A program made the translations under genes and the position numbers. From Seison nebaliae (lineage: Eukaryota): a DNA stretch of 47,936 nt. This document shows positions 37,782 through 47,936 of this stretch, in pieces. The stretch spans positions 1 to 47,936 of the forward strand of contig JALJEE010002015.1 of NCBI GenBank assembly GCA_023231475.1, read 5' to 3'. The notes under the pieces are model-generated. The model was not told the origin of the DNA and ran no database searches. It saw nothing but the letters and a program-made list of their open reading frames with translations. Numbering within the stretch: the stretch's first letter is position 1; every line of letters begins with the position of its first letter.

Positions 37782-38859
37782 GATGATTTACAAATAAGCA
37801 TTCATTAAACAAGTTTCAATGTAAATTCATATGAATTCTCCTAACTGTAGATGAATTGAAATGAATTCACAAACAACAAACGTTTAAATTATTTTCATAA
37901 CAGTTTCTCATAACATGTTTAAAATCAGAACACATAATTTAAAAAGTTGAGAGGTCTATCGAAGCATAATTGTGAGATAAAAGATAATTATCTTTTCTTG
38001 ACAAATTCTCATTCAGATTTGTAATGATAGACAAATGCATTTCCATACTTTGATTTGAGACATTTTCTCAACGTTCTTCCAATCATTTTCTATTACCGTT
38101 TTATATACGAATTAAACGAAATGACTTTCCAGTATATCGCATTAAATTGATGAGAAATAAAGCAATCTGATTATGATATTATTTCTTTTCCATCGATATA
38201 TATACGTGAAAAATACATCTGCTACCATACGTTGAAGTAATCCTACTCACCATTCTGTCTCATATAAGTACAAAGTGGAGATGAATGTCTATTTGTCTTA
38301 CTTACACATATTTTCGGGATAGGACAAAAGAACCTTGAAGACAAAATACCTAAACAATATCTTCTTAAAAAGAGTTGGCTTATTTCCAGTATTTTCAATA
38401 TTGTCACGACTAACAACTTTATATATTTCATAGTGAACACTAAATCTATATAAATCGTTTACTTATTCGTCGTCAGAAATACCAATAGAAACCGAATAAA
38501 ATATTTTAAAATTATCGTTTTATAGGAATCCAATTCTAAAATATTATCAACAATTATTCAATCGAGTGAAGAGGTATTGAAATTTAATAATATGTCTCCA
38601 CTTACATTTTCCAATAATATATCATATGGTTGTTATGTCCGTGGGTCGTTTGTCTCTATGATTCTTTTGTCCAATAATTCTCTTATCTTTCCTTTAGATA
38701 CTTCATCAATTATTGCTTCTACTCTGCTTAGTGAACCAAGGTCGAACGCCCTAAACTAGTTTCCTAAAATAAGCTTTCGAAAAATTTATCGATATCTATG
38801 GACACTTTGATTTTGGTGATTTTCAATCTATTCTTTATGCATTCCCAAACCAATAAAAC

Positions 38860-38938
38860 CCCTGTTGGCATTTGAACGTTTTTTTTAAGTTTATATACAT
38901 CAAAAAAACGTTCTCAAGACGTTCAAATGCTTACAGGG
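38860..38938. mobile_element. 79-bp MITE relic with 20-bp TIRs (CCC...GGG) and 2-bp AC flanking duplication
   Basis: Left end ccctgttggcatttgaacgt vs reverse complement of the right end ccctgtaagcatttgaacgt (18/20 match). 'ac' flanks both sides. Confidence 0.65.
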
Positions 38939-39947
38939 ACACCATTTTTTCGTTTAGAATTTAAACTGTTTAATCTTAAATTGGATTGATAATTAAATGT
39001 CTTTTCTCTAATGAACAATCGTGAGAATTGCTGTGAACAACGAAATGTCCGACTTTTGCAAGAACAGAAACTTACCCCTCAATACATTATTATATTGATG
39101 TATGGATATCTATATAGACGTAAGTATCACGCAATTTATTAATAGGATGTTAGAATGCAATCTTCTTGCCTTTTAATAAAGTCTAATTGGTTTTGGGTAT
39201 AATTTTCCGTATTATTCTTTTATATTTTACTCGATCAACTTCCGTTAGGTCAAATCATGAGAAAGGGGATGGAAAAGTATCAGGTAAAAAAAGGCAAGGG
39301 GAGTGTGAGAAAGTATACAAGGAGTTCATATATATATTCAGAATATATTACTAGGATGGGATCGTTACGGAAATATTAAACGAAAAGATCAGATAGCTGA
39401 CCATTTTGCAACACATCTCTCGCATGACTAGCTGATATCTCTTATATTGTTTCATTTTTATGCTGGCATACTTAACATTTATCGAAAATATTATAACCTG
39501 AATTCTGATAAAAAAATATGAAATTTATATAGATAAATAAGGAACTTAATCTAAAAAATCAAACTAAAAATTTTTTAACTTTTAATTATTTTTCTCCTTT
39601 TATAAGTATTATGAAAAATTAGAATCGAGACGACGAAAGAATCATTAGAAATTCAGAATAACATTTGAAATATTTTAAAATAATTTCCTTTTATTAAGTT
39701 TCTTAAAATTGCTTAATTTGAAGTATCTGAATAAAAATTCTACTAACAATTGTAAGTCTTTAAAATTTTTTAATGTGCAAATTTTTAATGATGAGAGAAA
39801 TGAAATGTTAACTATGGCACGTTGAAGACTACGACGATAATGATAGGTAATTGCCAATTGTTCTGATTCTCAAATTTATTGAAATTGGAGTGAATGTTCA
39901 ATTTACATACCATATAAGTTAAGACGGTTAAGACTACAATATAACCT

Positions 39948-39991
39948 TTATTATTATTATTATTATTATTTATTATTTTTATTATTTATTA
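39948..39991. repeat. (TTA)n tract, possibly the 3' tail of a minus-strand LINE relic
   Basis: ttattattattattattattatttattatttttattatttatta is seen directly. The LINE origin is inference only. Confidence 0.5.
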
Positions 39992-40152
39992 AGAATACAA
40001 TCCCAATTTTGGGTAATATATCTTTATGTGATATATTCTTACTCACTCACTATATTCTTACTTATTGTTAGTCACTCTAATTTTGTTTAAATGATGGATA
40101 AAATTAGGATGGATAAAACTTAAGAAGTTCTAAGAGTAATAATTATCTTGAT

Positions 40153-41423
40153 CTACATAAAGTTATGATTATATAGATTCATATTGTCAATATTTGAAGG
40201 TATGTCATCATGTTGAAAAGGTTGATTCATTACATATTGATCATTTGCAAATTCACTTTCATCCATTGTCGCTAGTTCCAATTTAACAGCTAACTCGGAA
40301 TATTGTCCATGTTGATTATTATTGATAATATTACTTGACATACATACATCTTCCTCGTTTGGCATATCTGGTATTGGAGGAATCCTGTATTGTTGACTAT
40401 TGTTGTGGAATGGTTGAGTATATTCCTCTTCCATTTCGTTGTTAATTCCATCAGGAAGCTGATCTTGTATGTTAGTTTCAAATGAATGCTGACAATTGGA
40501 GTTCGATGATGTTTGTCGCTTCTCTGATTTCTGATTACGGTCCTGAGTATTATTCTCATTACTTTTCATAAAATATTGAAGATTATTAAAGTGAGTTGCA
40601 AGAGGAATTTCTCTGCAAAACTTTTGACAAAGAAGTCTGTCCATCAAATATATGTTTCGCAATTTCGAATCGTAAAAGATACATAAATATGATTTTATCA
40701 AATTGTTTGCATATCCAGTATAAACATGTACCATCAATTCATAGTTCGTAGCCATCACTCTCTCTAGAAGTTCATGAAGTTTGGGAATTATTTGAGGTGT
40801 ATACTAACCGGAACATTTACTAAAATCGTATTTACTCTGAACAACTATTTTAAAATTGCCTCTGTTCAATCCGTTGTGAATTAAAGATAATTCGCTCATC
40901 ATACCAGACTAGATTGTTGATGAATTACAAAACAAATAAGGAAATTGTAACTAGGAATCTCAACGGTTCTCTCATCTTCTTCAACAGATTGGTATATTTA
41001 AGCAAGAAACTTATTCTTTCTTCAAATGTCTTCATTCCCGCTGGAACATTACCCAATGCCGCTGTTATAGCACTAACCGCTGCTTCATTTCTAGTTTTAC
41101 TGCTTACCATCATTCAAATATTCAATTACCCAAAACTCGATAAATTTTCTAACGTTCGTACATTGTCGGTCTTATTGTCTTTTTTTTCTTTATCGTATGT
41201 CTTCAAACCGGTGCAACAATGAACATATTTCTGAGAATATAGTGACGGATAAAGAACCGTAATATATACCATTTTTACCACGATATATGGATATGGATTC
41301 GATGCTTCCAATGATTTAAAACGATAATGATTAGTCACTAAGGAAATGACTTCTAATATTTGCAATTAATGACATTTAAACAAACGAATTGGAATAACGT
41401 GTTTGTTTCGTGTGAAATGTCAT
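40153..41423 (-). CDS. Orphan multi-exon gene of unknown function with Asn/Gln/acidic C-terminal region
   Basis: ORFs 41126-41365, 40925-41113 and 40153-40758 join in frame through short GTT..AG introns: MTFHTKQT|LTNHY...NVRT|KTRNEAAV...LRFL|SGMMSEL...KCS|ERVMATNY. The start codon is uncertain. Confidence 0.65.
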
Positions 41424-41518
41424 TTTTTTTTTAATTAACAGTTGATCAATTTCGAATTAATTATAATTCAAAAATTAGGAAAGCAGCAAATTTATTGGTC
41501 AAGAGAAAAATGGAATAT

Positions 41519-44113
41519 TTAAAAGAAATTCATAATTGTTGAGCGAAAATAATTATATAATTCTGCAAGAAAGATTGAAGAGCTTCCTCGATTTGGTTCT
41601 TCCGATGAATAGAAGAAGAGTCTTTTTCGAAATTCAGTTATTATGGTATACGTTTTAACAAAATCTTCCTTTCCTATTTGAAATAGCTGAGCGAGTAATG
41701 ATCCATTACCTATGCTATTCGATTCATATCCGACAATTGTTCGAAAATATTGGAATATCATAGAAATTGTATAGTTTAAGTAGTATAATAAGAATATTGA
41801 TATTATCATTAAAATTGCTAATTTACTTCCGAGACGATCAATATTAGTAGAAAATGGTTTCGATTTTTTAGGTGGGTCATTCAAGACAACCTTAAAATCT
41901 TCATTTTCATCCTTCTTTGTATATTTTACAGTTTTATTACTCGTGTTTAAATTGGAGGTAGATATATTAAAAGATTCTTTATTAACTTTTTCTTTTTCTT
42001 TTTCTTTTTCCTTTTCCTTTTCGTTTTCGTCAATTGATTGAGAAATAATCGGCTGATAAGTGTCACCACTTTCTTGATGGTGTTGGTTGATTTCAATTCG
42101 AGTCCTTTCTTTATTCAAATAATTGAATATAGTAACGTATGAAGTTTTGTAAAAATATTTTTCTCTCAGAAAATTAGAGATCATATCATGAGAATTATTC
42201 GAATGAGTTATTAATTCATTCGAGAGATGTTTGTTAATTTGTCGATCTTGAATCATAAATTTTTTGAAACGTTGTAGACCAGCTGAATATTGAACGATAG
42301 ATGTGGAAATCAGTTCGTTAAAGTTGAGGAGACTTCTATCAATAACTTGAGCCATACAAAGAATAAACTTATCAACGACATTCTCATATTCAATTTGTGC
42401 AATTTGAGGTACAATTAATTTTAGTTTCCTGTGTTCCAGACAATCGAGTTGATTGAATACGATTCGCAATACCAGATATATGAATTGGTGATCGTCATTT
42501 CGTTCTAGTAATCTTCTATGCCAGAATTGAAGTTGACTACTTAATTCTTCTTCTCGATGATTACTCAGTGCATAGAACCCGATAATTCCGAAAAGTAATT
42601 GGAACAATTTGACGAAAGATTCAGTCAAAAAAATCAGATGGATATTGGCGAGTGTTGACGATAGTCGATTAAATGGACGATTTTTCAAGTGAAAATGTTC
42701 GAATGTTGATCGTAAGTGATATAATAAATTATCCAACAGTTCTAATGTAAATTCTTTTAAATTTGAGTAAGTATCATTATTTTCGTAATTCATCGGGAAG
42801 TTGATGGAAGATAAAATATATTGAAAAATGGATTGATAAATCAGTTCAATTGACTCTAACTTCCGAATGTAATCCGCGAATTCTAATATGTTCATTTCAT
42901 GACTCTTTTTCGTGATTTTTAATGAGTCTAATATGCATTGATTGAGCGCAATTGTTAGTTCAACTGTCCGTTTATAATTGAAGAGATTGTTATGGTTATT
43001 CAAATACATTTGCTTACGGATAATGGTCTCTAACGATTTGGCCGCAATGATGATTAGGTTGTCAGTGGAGAGATAAGGTAGAAAGAAGTCGCACCAAACT
43101 TCAAATGAAGTTAAGGTATTCTGGTTGATATTGGATTCGAAGAGTATCTCCCGATTTACATTCTGCACTTTCACCATTTTAAATTTAAACAGTTGCATTA
43201 ATGTCCAGTGAACAAAAGATATTTGTAATTTCATCAATTTTAATTCATCTCCATATTGACTCCCGTCTTTTTCATATGGTCGTAATTCATTTCTTCTTCG
43301 CGTTTTGTCAATCATCAACGTATAAAGGAACTGTTCGAAAGTTAAACAATTCTTTTCCGAGTAAGTTCCATCAATAGCCAGACGACATTGTCCCATGTCC
43401 AAAATGATCAGGTGATCGATCGACTCCAAATTAGATAAGCGTTGAGATACTGATTGAAGATATGGTTCATTACGGATATAAGCCTGTTCTTCTGATGATG
43501 TGAAATGATGAGCATTCTGAGGATCACTATTGGTAATATTTGAAGCGAAAGCAATTTGTTTTTGAAGAAGAAGTAATCCGAAAAATCGACAGATTAACTG
43601 CAATAATAATTGTTGACCAAAAGAACATATGTTCGGTTTCTTCTCGTGGGTACTTGTTGCGAATATAAATTTCATCAAATTACTCGCTACTAAAACTATC
43701 GTCTGAATAGGTGTACTTTGAAGAATAACAAATAATTCCTTCCTTACTTCGATCTCGAGTAATCTCATAGGGAATCCTTCAAAGTCATTACAGTTTATAT
43801 CACTTACGTAACTTAAATTTATGTTGTCCTTGTAATAACTGCTCAAACCTTTCTCACTTACAAATTTCTCATTCAAAAATTCTCCTAAAAGCAATAAATT
43901 AACGGCTGGTGTTTGTTCACTGTTCTTCCTCAAACTATGATAATAACTTACCAAATTCTCGCCTTTAATATTTTCCATTACATTCCGAAAATGATCCATT
44001 ACATGGGAATCGTCGATTTGAGGTAAGTTTTCATGAATTCGAAGGGTGTTATAAGAATGTGAATTGTCAATAGTATAACTTTCCACATTTTTCTTTATTT
44101 CACTGATTGCCAT
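41519..44113 (-). CDS. 864-aa intronless ORF, predicted helical protein with a C-terminal TM segment; weak resemblance to SMPD4/NET13
   Basis: Long open frame with hydrophobic LAILMIISIFLLYYLNY near the C-terminus. Scattered short motifs recall SMPD4 in order. Coding status is confident; the family is speculative. Confidence 0.7.
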   Translation of the reverse strand: MAISEIKKNVESYTIDNSHSYNTLRIHENLPQIDDSHVMDHFRNVMENIKGENLVSYYHSLRKNSEQTPAVNLLLLGEFLNEKFVSEKGLSSYYKDNINLSYVSDINCNDFEGFPMRLLEIEVRKELFVILQSTPIQTIVLVASNLMKFIFATSTHEKKPNICSFGQQLLLQLICRFFGLLLLQKQIAFASNITNSDPQNAHHFTSSEEQAYIRNEPYLQSVSQRLSNLESIDHLIILDMGQCRLAIDGTYSEKNCLTFEQFLYTLMIDKTRRRNELRPYEKDGSQYGDELKLMKLQISFVHWTLMQLFKFKMVKVQNVNREILFESNINQNTLTSFEVWCDFFLPYLSTDNLIIIAAKSLETIIRKQMYLNNHNNLFNYKRTVELTIALNQCILDSLKITKKSHEMNILEFADYIRKLESIELIYQSIFQYILSSINFPMNYENNDTYSNLKEFTLELLDNLLYHLRSTFEHFHLKNRPFNRLSSTLANIHLIFLTESFVKLFQLLFGIIGFYALSNHREEELSSQLQFWHRRLLERNDDHQFIYLVLRIVFNQLDCLEHRKLKLIVPQIAQIEYENVVDKFILCMAQVIDRSLLNFNELISTSIVQYSAGLQRFKKFMIQDRQINKHLSNELITHSNNSHDMISNFLREKYFYKTSYVTIFNYLNKERTRIEINQHHQESGDTYQPIISQSIDENEKEKEKEKEKEKVNKESFNISTSNLNTSNKTVKYTKKDENEDFKVVLNDPPKKSKPFSTNIDRLGSKLAILMIISIFLLYYLNYTISMIFQYFRTIVGYESNSIGNGSLLAQLFQIGKEDFVKTYTIITEFRKRLFFYSSEEPNRGSSSIFLAELYNYFRSTIMNFF

Positions 44114-44516
44114 GACTTACTCTTTATATATCAACCTATTCTTAATGTTGACGACTAAACGAAATTTATAGTTTTAAAATAAAATAAATTGAGTGAAAGA
44201 TAAATTAACTTTCGATTCATTTCGACTGTCTTATATTTTGGCATTGTACTAATTAAAAACTTCATTATAAAATTATGTTCTTACGTATATGATAACTATA
44301 ATATAACCAACAATAAATATTGACGTAATTTTGTTTAGTAACTGATCCACACATTCAATTTTAGTGAATTTATTTCTTGGGTCTATTGTTTGACGATTGG
44401 TTGATCTTTCCTCTATGAATCGTTCTCGTTCCTGAAAAATGATTATTTGTTATTGGATTGTTTTTCTTAAGATGTTACTTCCACAACATCTGATAAATTT
44501 AATTTAATTTATTTGG

Positions 44517-45200
44517 TTAGAATTTCCGTCGGAATAAAAAAAAATTATTATCGTCCTCGATATCAAAATAATGTCGTAATTGATCGAGGGAATCATGATC
44601 AATTGATAGCGAAGAGGTGGGGTCATATGAAGTAATAAAATCTTTGAAATCAGTAAGAGAAATGTTTACCGATATCCCATAGTACCTGATAGTATAATTG
44701 AGGACTGAGTGAGGCTGAAAAAGATAAATTGTGGAAGATTGATTGACCAGTGAATAAGAATTGTTGACTTTATTGATAAAAGTAAAAATGCGGCGGCACA
44801 ACAGAATGGGAAATGGTAAAACTAGACTGTGGGGAAAAGAAGTGAACGATTGCATCTATTGAAACAACATATCATTCTCCTAATGAGCCGGTTGTAGGCC
44901 CGGTCGAAAGTAGCCAACATTTCGATTTGTTGAGAGAGAACCCTCTTTCTGAGGTTCAAATCTTGACGTGAACGATGTATGACCACAAAGTTATGGGCAT
45001 AAGCCATAACATGAGGAAATAATACATCGGCAATAGCAATCCTGTTACATTCGTTTAATTCACCAAGGACGCCGTCAATAGCTAGACCAAATAACCAGGA
45101 ACCCAAGATAGTACCTTGGCGAACACCTGAATTGATTTCGATAGGAGTACTGAAGTTGTCACCATGAACGACGCGTCCAGAAGAGTTTTGAGAAAGATGG
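44517..45200 (-). pseudogene. Degenerate non-LTR retrotransposon (LINE) reverse transcriptase fragment
   Basis: STPIEINSGVRQGTILGSWLFGLAID matches the RT GVxQG..LSP.LF motif. The catalytic YADD position reads YAHN. A frame change precedes IRYYGISV (YLG-like). Confidence 0.8.
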
Positions 45201-45990
45201 AAAGGTAAAAGGGATTAAGGTAAATTTAGTTTCGATATTTCTTCTCTAAAATATTCAAGACAATATTCAATTTCTTTCCAATGTTAATGCACTTTTTTTC
45301 ATATTAGACTAACTTTAATATGATATAGAGGACATTTGTTATAAAAATCATATTCAATTTTTATTTATTTAGAAATTAACATAATACCTGTTAATAAATT
45401 CTATATTTCATAATAGTCGTCAGTTTGTTGAACTGTCATTAGATTTGGTCTATGTAAATTCCCCTAATTATTTATTTTGTACTTTGAAACTTGTTCACTT
45501 GAAAAGGTGTAAAACAGATTATTGTTAGAGATATTATATGTTCTTTAATTTTCTTCAAATATGTAACTAATATGATTTTAGAAATGATTTACAATTCATT
45601 TGACACTATCACTTTTCCTATAATTTTAACATACGAAGGAAAACAATATTTTCTCCAATTAGAGAATATTATTGCTGTTGATGATTCCAATTCAAAACTG
45701 ATGATTACTCAAATGACCAGAAACATAATAATTTAACGGAAACTCCGTCACAAAATAAGTGTTCATTTCGTTACGCTTTTCCTCACCGTCTTTTCACCTG
45801 TCGGCGAATTCATAACTCTTTTTTTTGAATTCGGAAAAGTGCCTCCGAATTTTCATTTCAATAAAAAGTTCAATCCGTCAATCCCATTTTTATGACGAAT
45901 TCACTTTTTGGTCTTCATTAGATATTCACATTTCAGATATTCTTTAACTCACTTTTTTTAAAATTTATTTCATTAATCTTTTTTACTTTC

Positions 45991-47244
45991 ATTAAAAAAG
46001 GGGTAACTTAATATTTATTATATATATTTATTTTTATAATATAATTTATGTTGCTAGAAATATGATGATTCTATGATCTATCTTTCAGTTTCACTGGTGT
46101 GCTTTATGTATATAATGCAATTAATAATGAATAATTTCAATTATCGTTCTTTAATTTGGAAAACAGATTACATAAGTCGTGAAATCGAAGTTTCCTCAAA
46201 TTCTTTTCTTATTGAGAAAGTTCCGATGTTTTAATGATAATCGGCGCTAGTTCCCCTTCCTAAAGTCAGTTTTTCCACTTCAGATAGCAATTTCCAATGG
46301 AATGGAAGTTAATCGGACTGTTCTCCTCCTTTTTATTTGTCATTCAAAAATGGACAATTGTACTCCTTTCGTTTGAATAGTTCTACTCCTTTTTAAAACT
46401 CTTCTGGACAGTTCTACATTTTTTTTCACTTCTTTTGAGCTGTTACGAACAGTTCTGCTCCCTGTTTTCTTATTATCAGCCAATTCTACTCATGACCATC
46501 CTTCTGATGTATTTTTAAAAAATGAAGTAAATCTTCTAATAGTTCTCTAATTCTTAAATCTCTAACCACATGTCCTACAATGTACTTCAGAAGTACTACT
46601 TCTACGATCTAGTACTAGAGGTTCTAGTAATTTTTCTAAAAGTATGGAAAATTTTAGTCTATTTAAGACATTTTTTGCACAATTCTAGTCAGGTTTCTGT
46701 AATTTTTAGAATCATATATAAGTAATATTAAAAGTAAACATCATGAGTAAATAAGGAAAAATCATTTTTTCATTTTATAATAAATAAAAAAATTAAAAGT
46801 AATAAGAAAAAAGGGAGTAAACCTCTAAAGTCATTTTTCAGAAAGAAGTAGAATTTTTCCGTGAAATGAAAAAAAATGAGTGAAAAAACTGTCCAGGAGA
46901 GTTTTTTTTGATTGTCCTTTTTTGATTGGAAATTTTCCATTGAAAATTAGTATCGGAACTGACTTTAGGAAGTGGAACTGTGACTAACAATTTCTTAGTA
47001 GTAAGACTAGTAAGAAAGCACCGGTTATCATAAAAACATCGGAACTTTCCCAATAAGAAAAGAATTTGAGGAAACTTCGTTTTCAAGACTTATCTAGTCT
47101 GTTTTAGAAACGAAAAAAGGAAAATTGTAGGAAGTGAAGTTATTCATTATTAATTTTATGAAAGACATAAAGTACACCTGTGAAACTGAAAGATAAATCA
47201 TAGAATCATCATTTTGTAGCAATATAAGTTACTCCTTTTTTAAT
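45991..47244. mobile_element. Diverged ~1.25-kb foldback/MITE-like element with ~400-bp inverted arms
   Basis: e.g. atgatgattctatgatctatctttcagtttcac (~46061) vs gtgaaactgaaagataaatcatagaatcatcat (~47180), and cgaagtttcctcaaattcttttcttattg vs caataagaaaagaatttgaggaaacttcg. Internal repeats of cagttctactcct-like units. No convincing TSD. Confidence 0.75.
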
Positions 47245-47641
47245 TTCAATCTTACAAGGTATGTATCTGATATGCAAGAAACGAAATTGAAAATAAAAAA
47301 ACTAAAATACATTAAAAATAATACTGATCAGGATAGCATTATTTATTTTTTGCCAAATAGTTCATTTAGTATCTATACCTTTTCAACATCTACAAACAAG
47401 GACCTACAAACTCTCAATGATATGCAAAGTTACAATTACACTGTAGAATGTCTTTTTTTGTAAATACATAAATGTAATATAATATATAATAAATGTATAC
47501 AAGACAAAAAATGGAAAATAATTAAATTGAAATATGTGATACAGAATATTTCCGTTAAGTTAATTAATTTTTTTATTTTATTTTGTTATTTAATTAAATA
47601 TTAAACATTTTGTGTTTTATTAAAAAAAATTATGTATTTAA

Positions 47642-47936
47642 GAAAATTTCTGTGAAAGAGATCTATTTAAGAAAATTAAGAACCCAGTGCAGGCGCCAAC
47701 CCAAGCAGCATTGTCGTATTGTAAGGTGGCTCGAAGTAATTTGAATACGGAACCTACAAAAAAGATTCCTAAAAATTCTAGAGTGCATTCGGGAAGAGAG
47801 AAGAATCAGGAACCTAAGAACAAACCTGTGGAGAAAAAAGTTCTTAGTGAAAGAAAGAACAAACCGAAATCTGCAGTTGAGGGAACGAAAAAGAACTCAT
47901 TACTGAAAGGGATGGAAAGATCGGACAAGAAGGAAT
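47642..47936 (+). other. Lys/Glu-rich open frame running off the window end; possibly a LINE ORF1 or a host exon
   Basis: The frame is open from 47642 to the end: ...QAPTQAALSYCKVARSNLNTEPTKKIPK... The SYxxVA motif is common in LINE ORF1 linkers. Confidence 0.3.

Noticed and set aside
41205..41230. VHCCTGLKT resembling a PTP/DSP active-site loop
   Set aside because: It lacks the Arg of CX5R and any other phosphatase motifs.
41424..41518. Operon-style intercistronic region with SL trans-splicing
   Set aside because: There is no AG acceptor on the minus strand between the upstream stop and the putative ATG, so trans-splicing to this start is unsupported.

Overview
AT-rich eukaryotic (animal) genomic DNA with compact genes split by very short (mostly 40-65 nt) spliceosomal introns. 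It is not prokaryotic, and I saw no CRISPR array, tRNA or rRNA. I reconstructed about 13 protein-coding genes by hand: a secreted EGF + 8xShK + poly-Thr protein, a FAM122/PABIR-like disordered protein, RPL13, an SFSWAP/su(wa) homologue, an ANKRD28/44/52-like protein, a small single-pass membrane protein, a small secreted cationic peptide, a GH18 chitinase fusion, PMS2, a prohormone-like secreted protein, an SLC16/MCT transporter, an orphan gene and an 864-aa protein weakly reminiscent of SMPD4. Transposon relics include a BEL/Pao RNase H fragment, a foldback element with a 9-bp TSD, a tiny CCC..GGG MITE, a dead LINE RT and a 1.25-kb diverged inverted repeat. Highlights: (1) 34 of 37 frame-consistent introns start GTT instead of the usual GTA/GTG, suggesting a shifted 5' splice-site code; (2) the SFSWAP splicing regulator lacks its RS domain and has the only long GTGAGT intron; (3) one ORF joins chitinase, furin sites, CBM14, a Ly6/three-finger domain and a GPI signal; (4) a candidate beta-hairpin antimicrobial peptide. 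Gene models are manual and untested by RNA-seq. Family names come from recalled motifs, not database searches.
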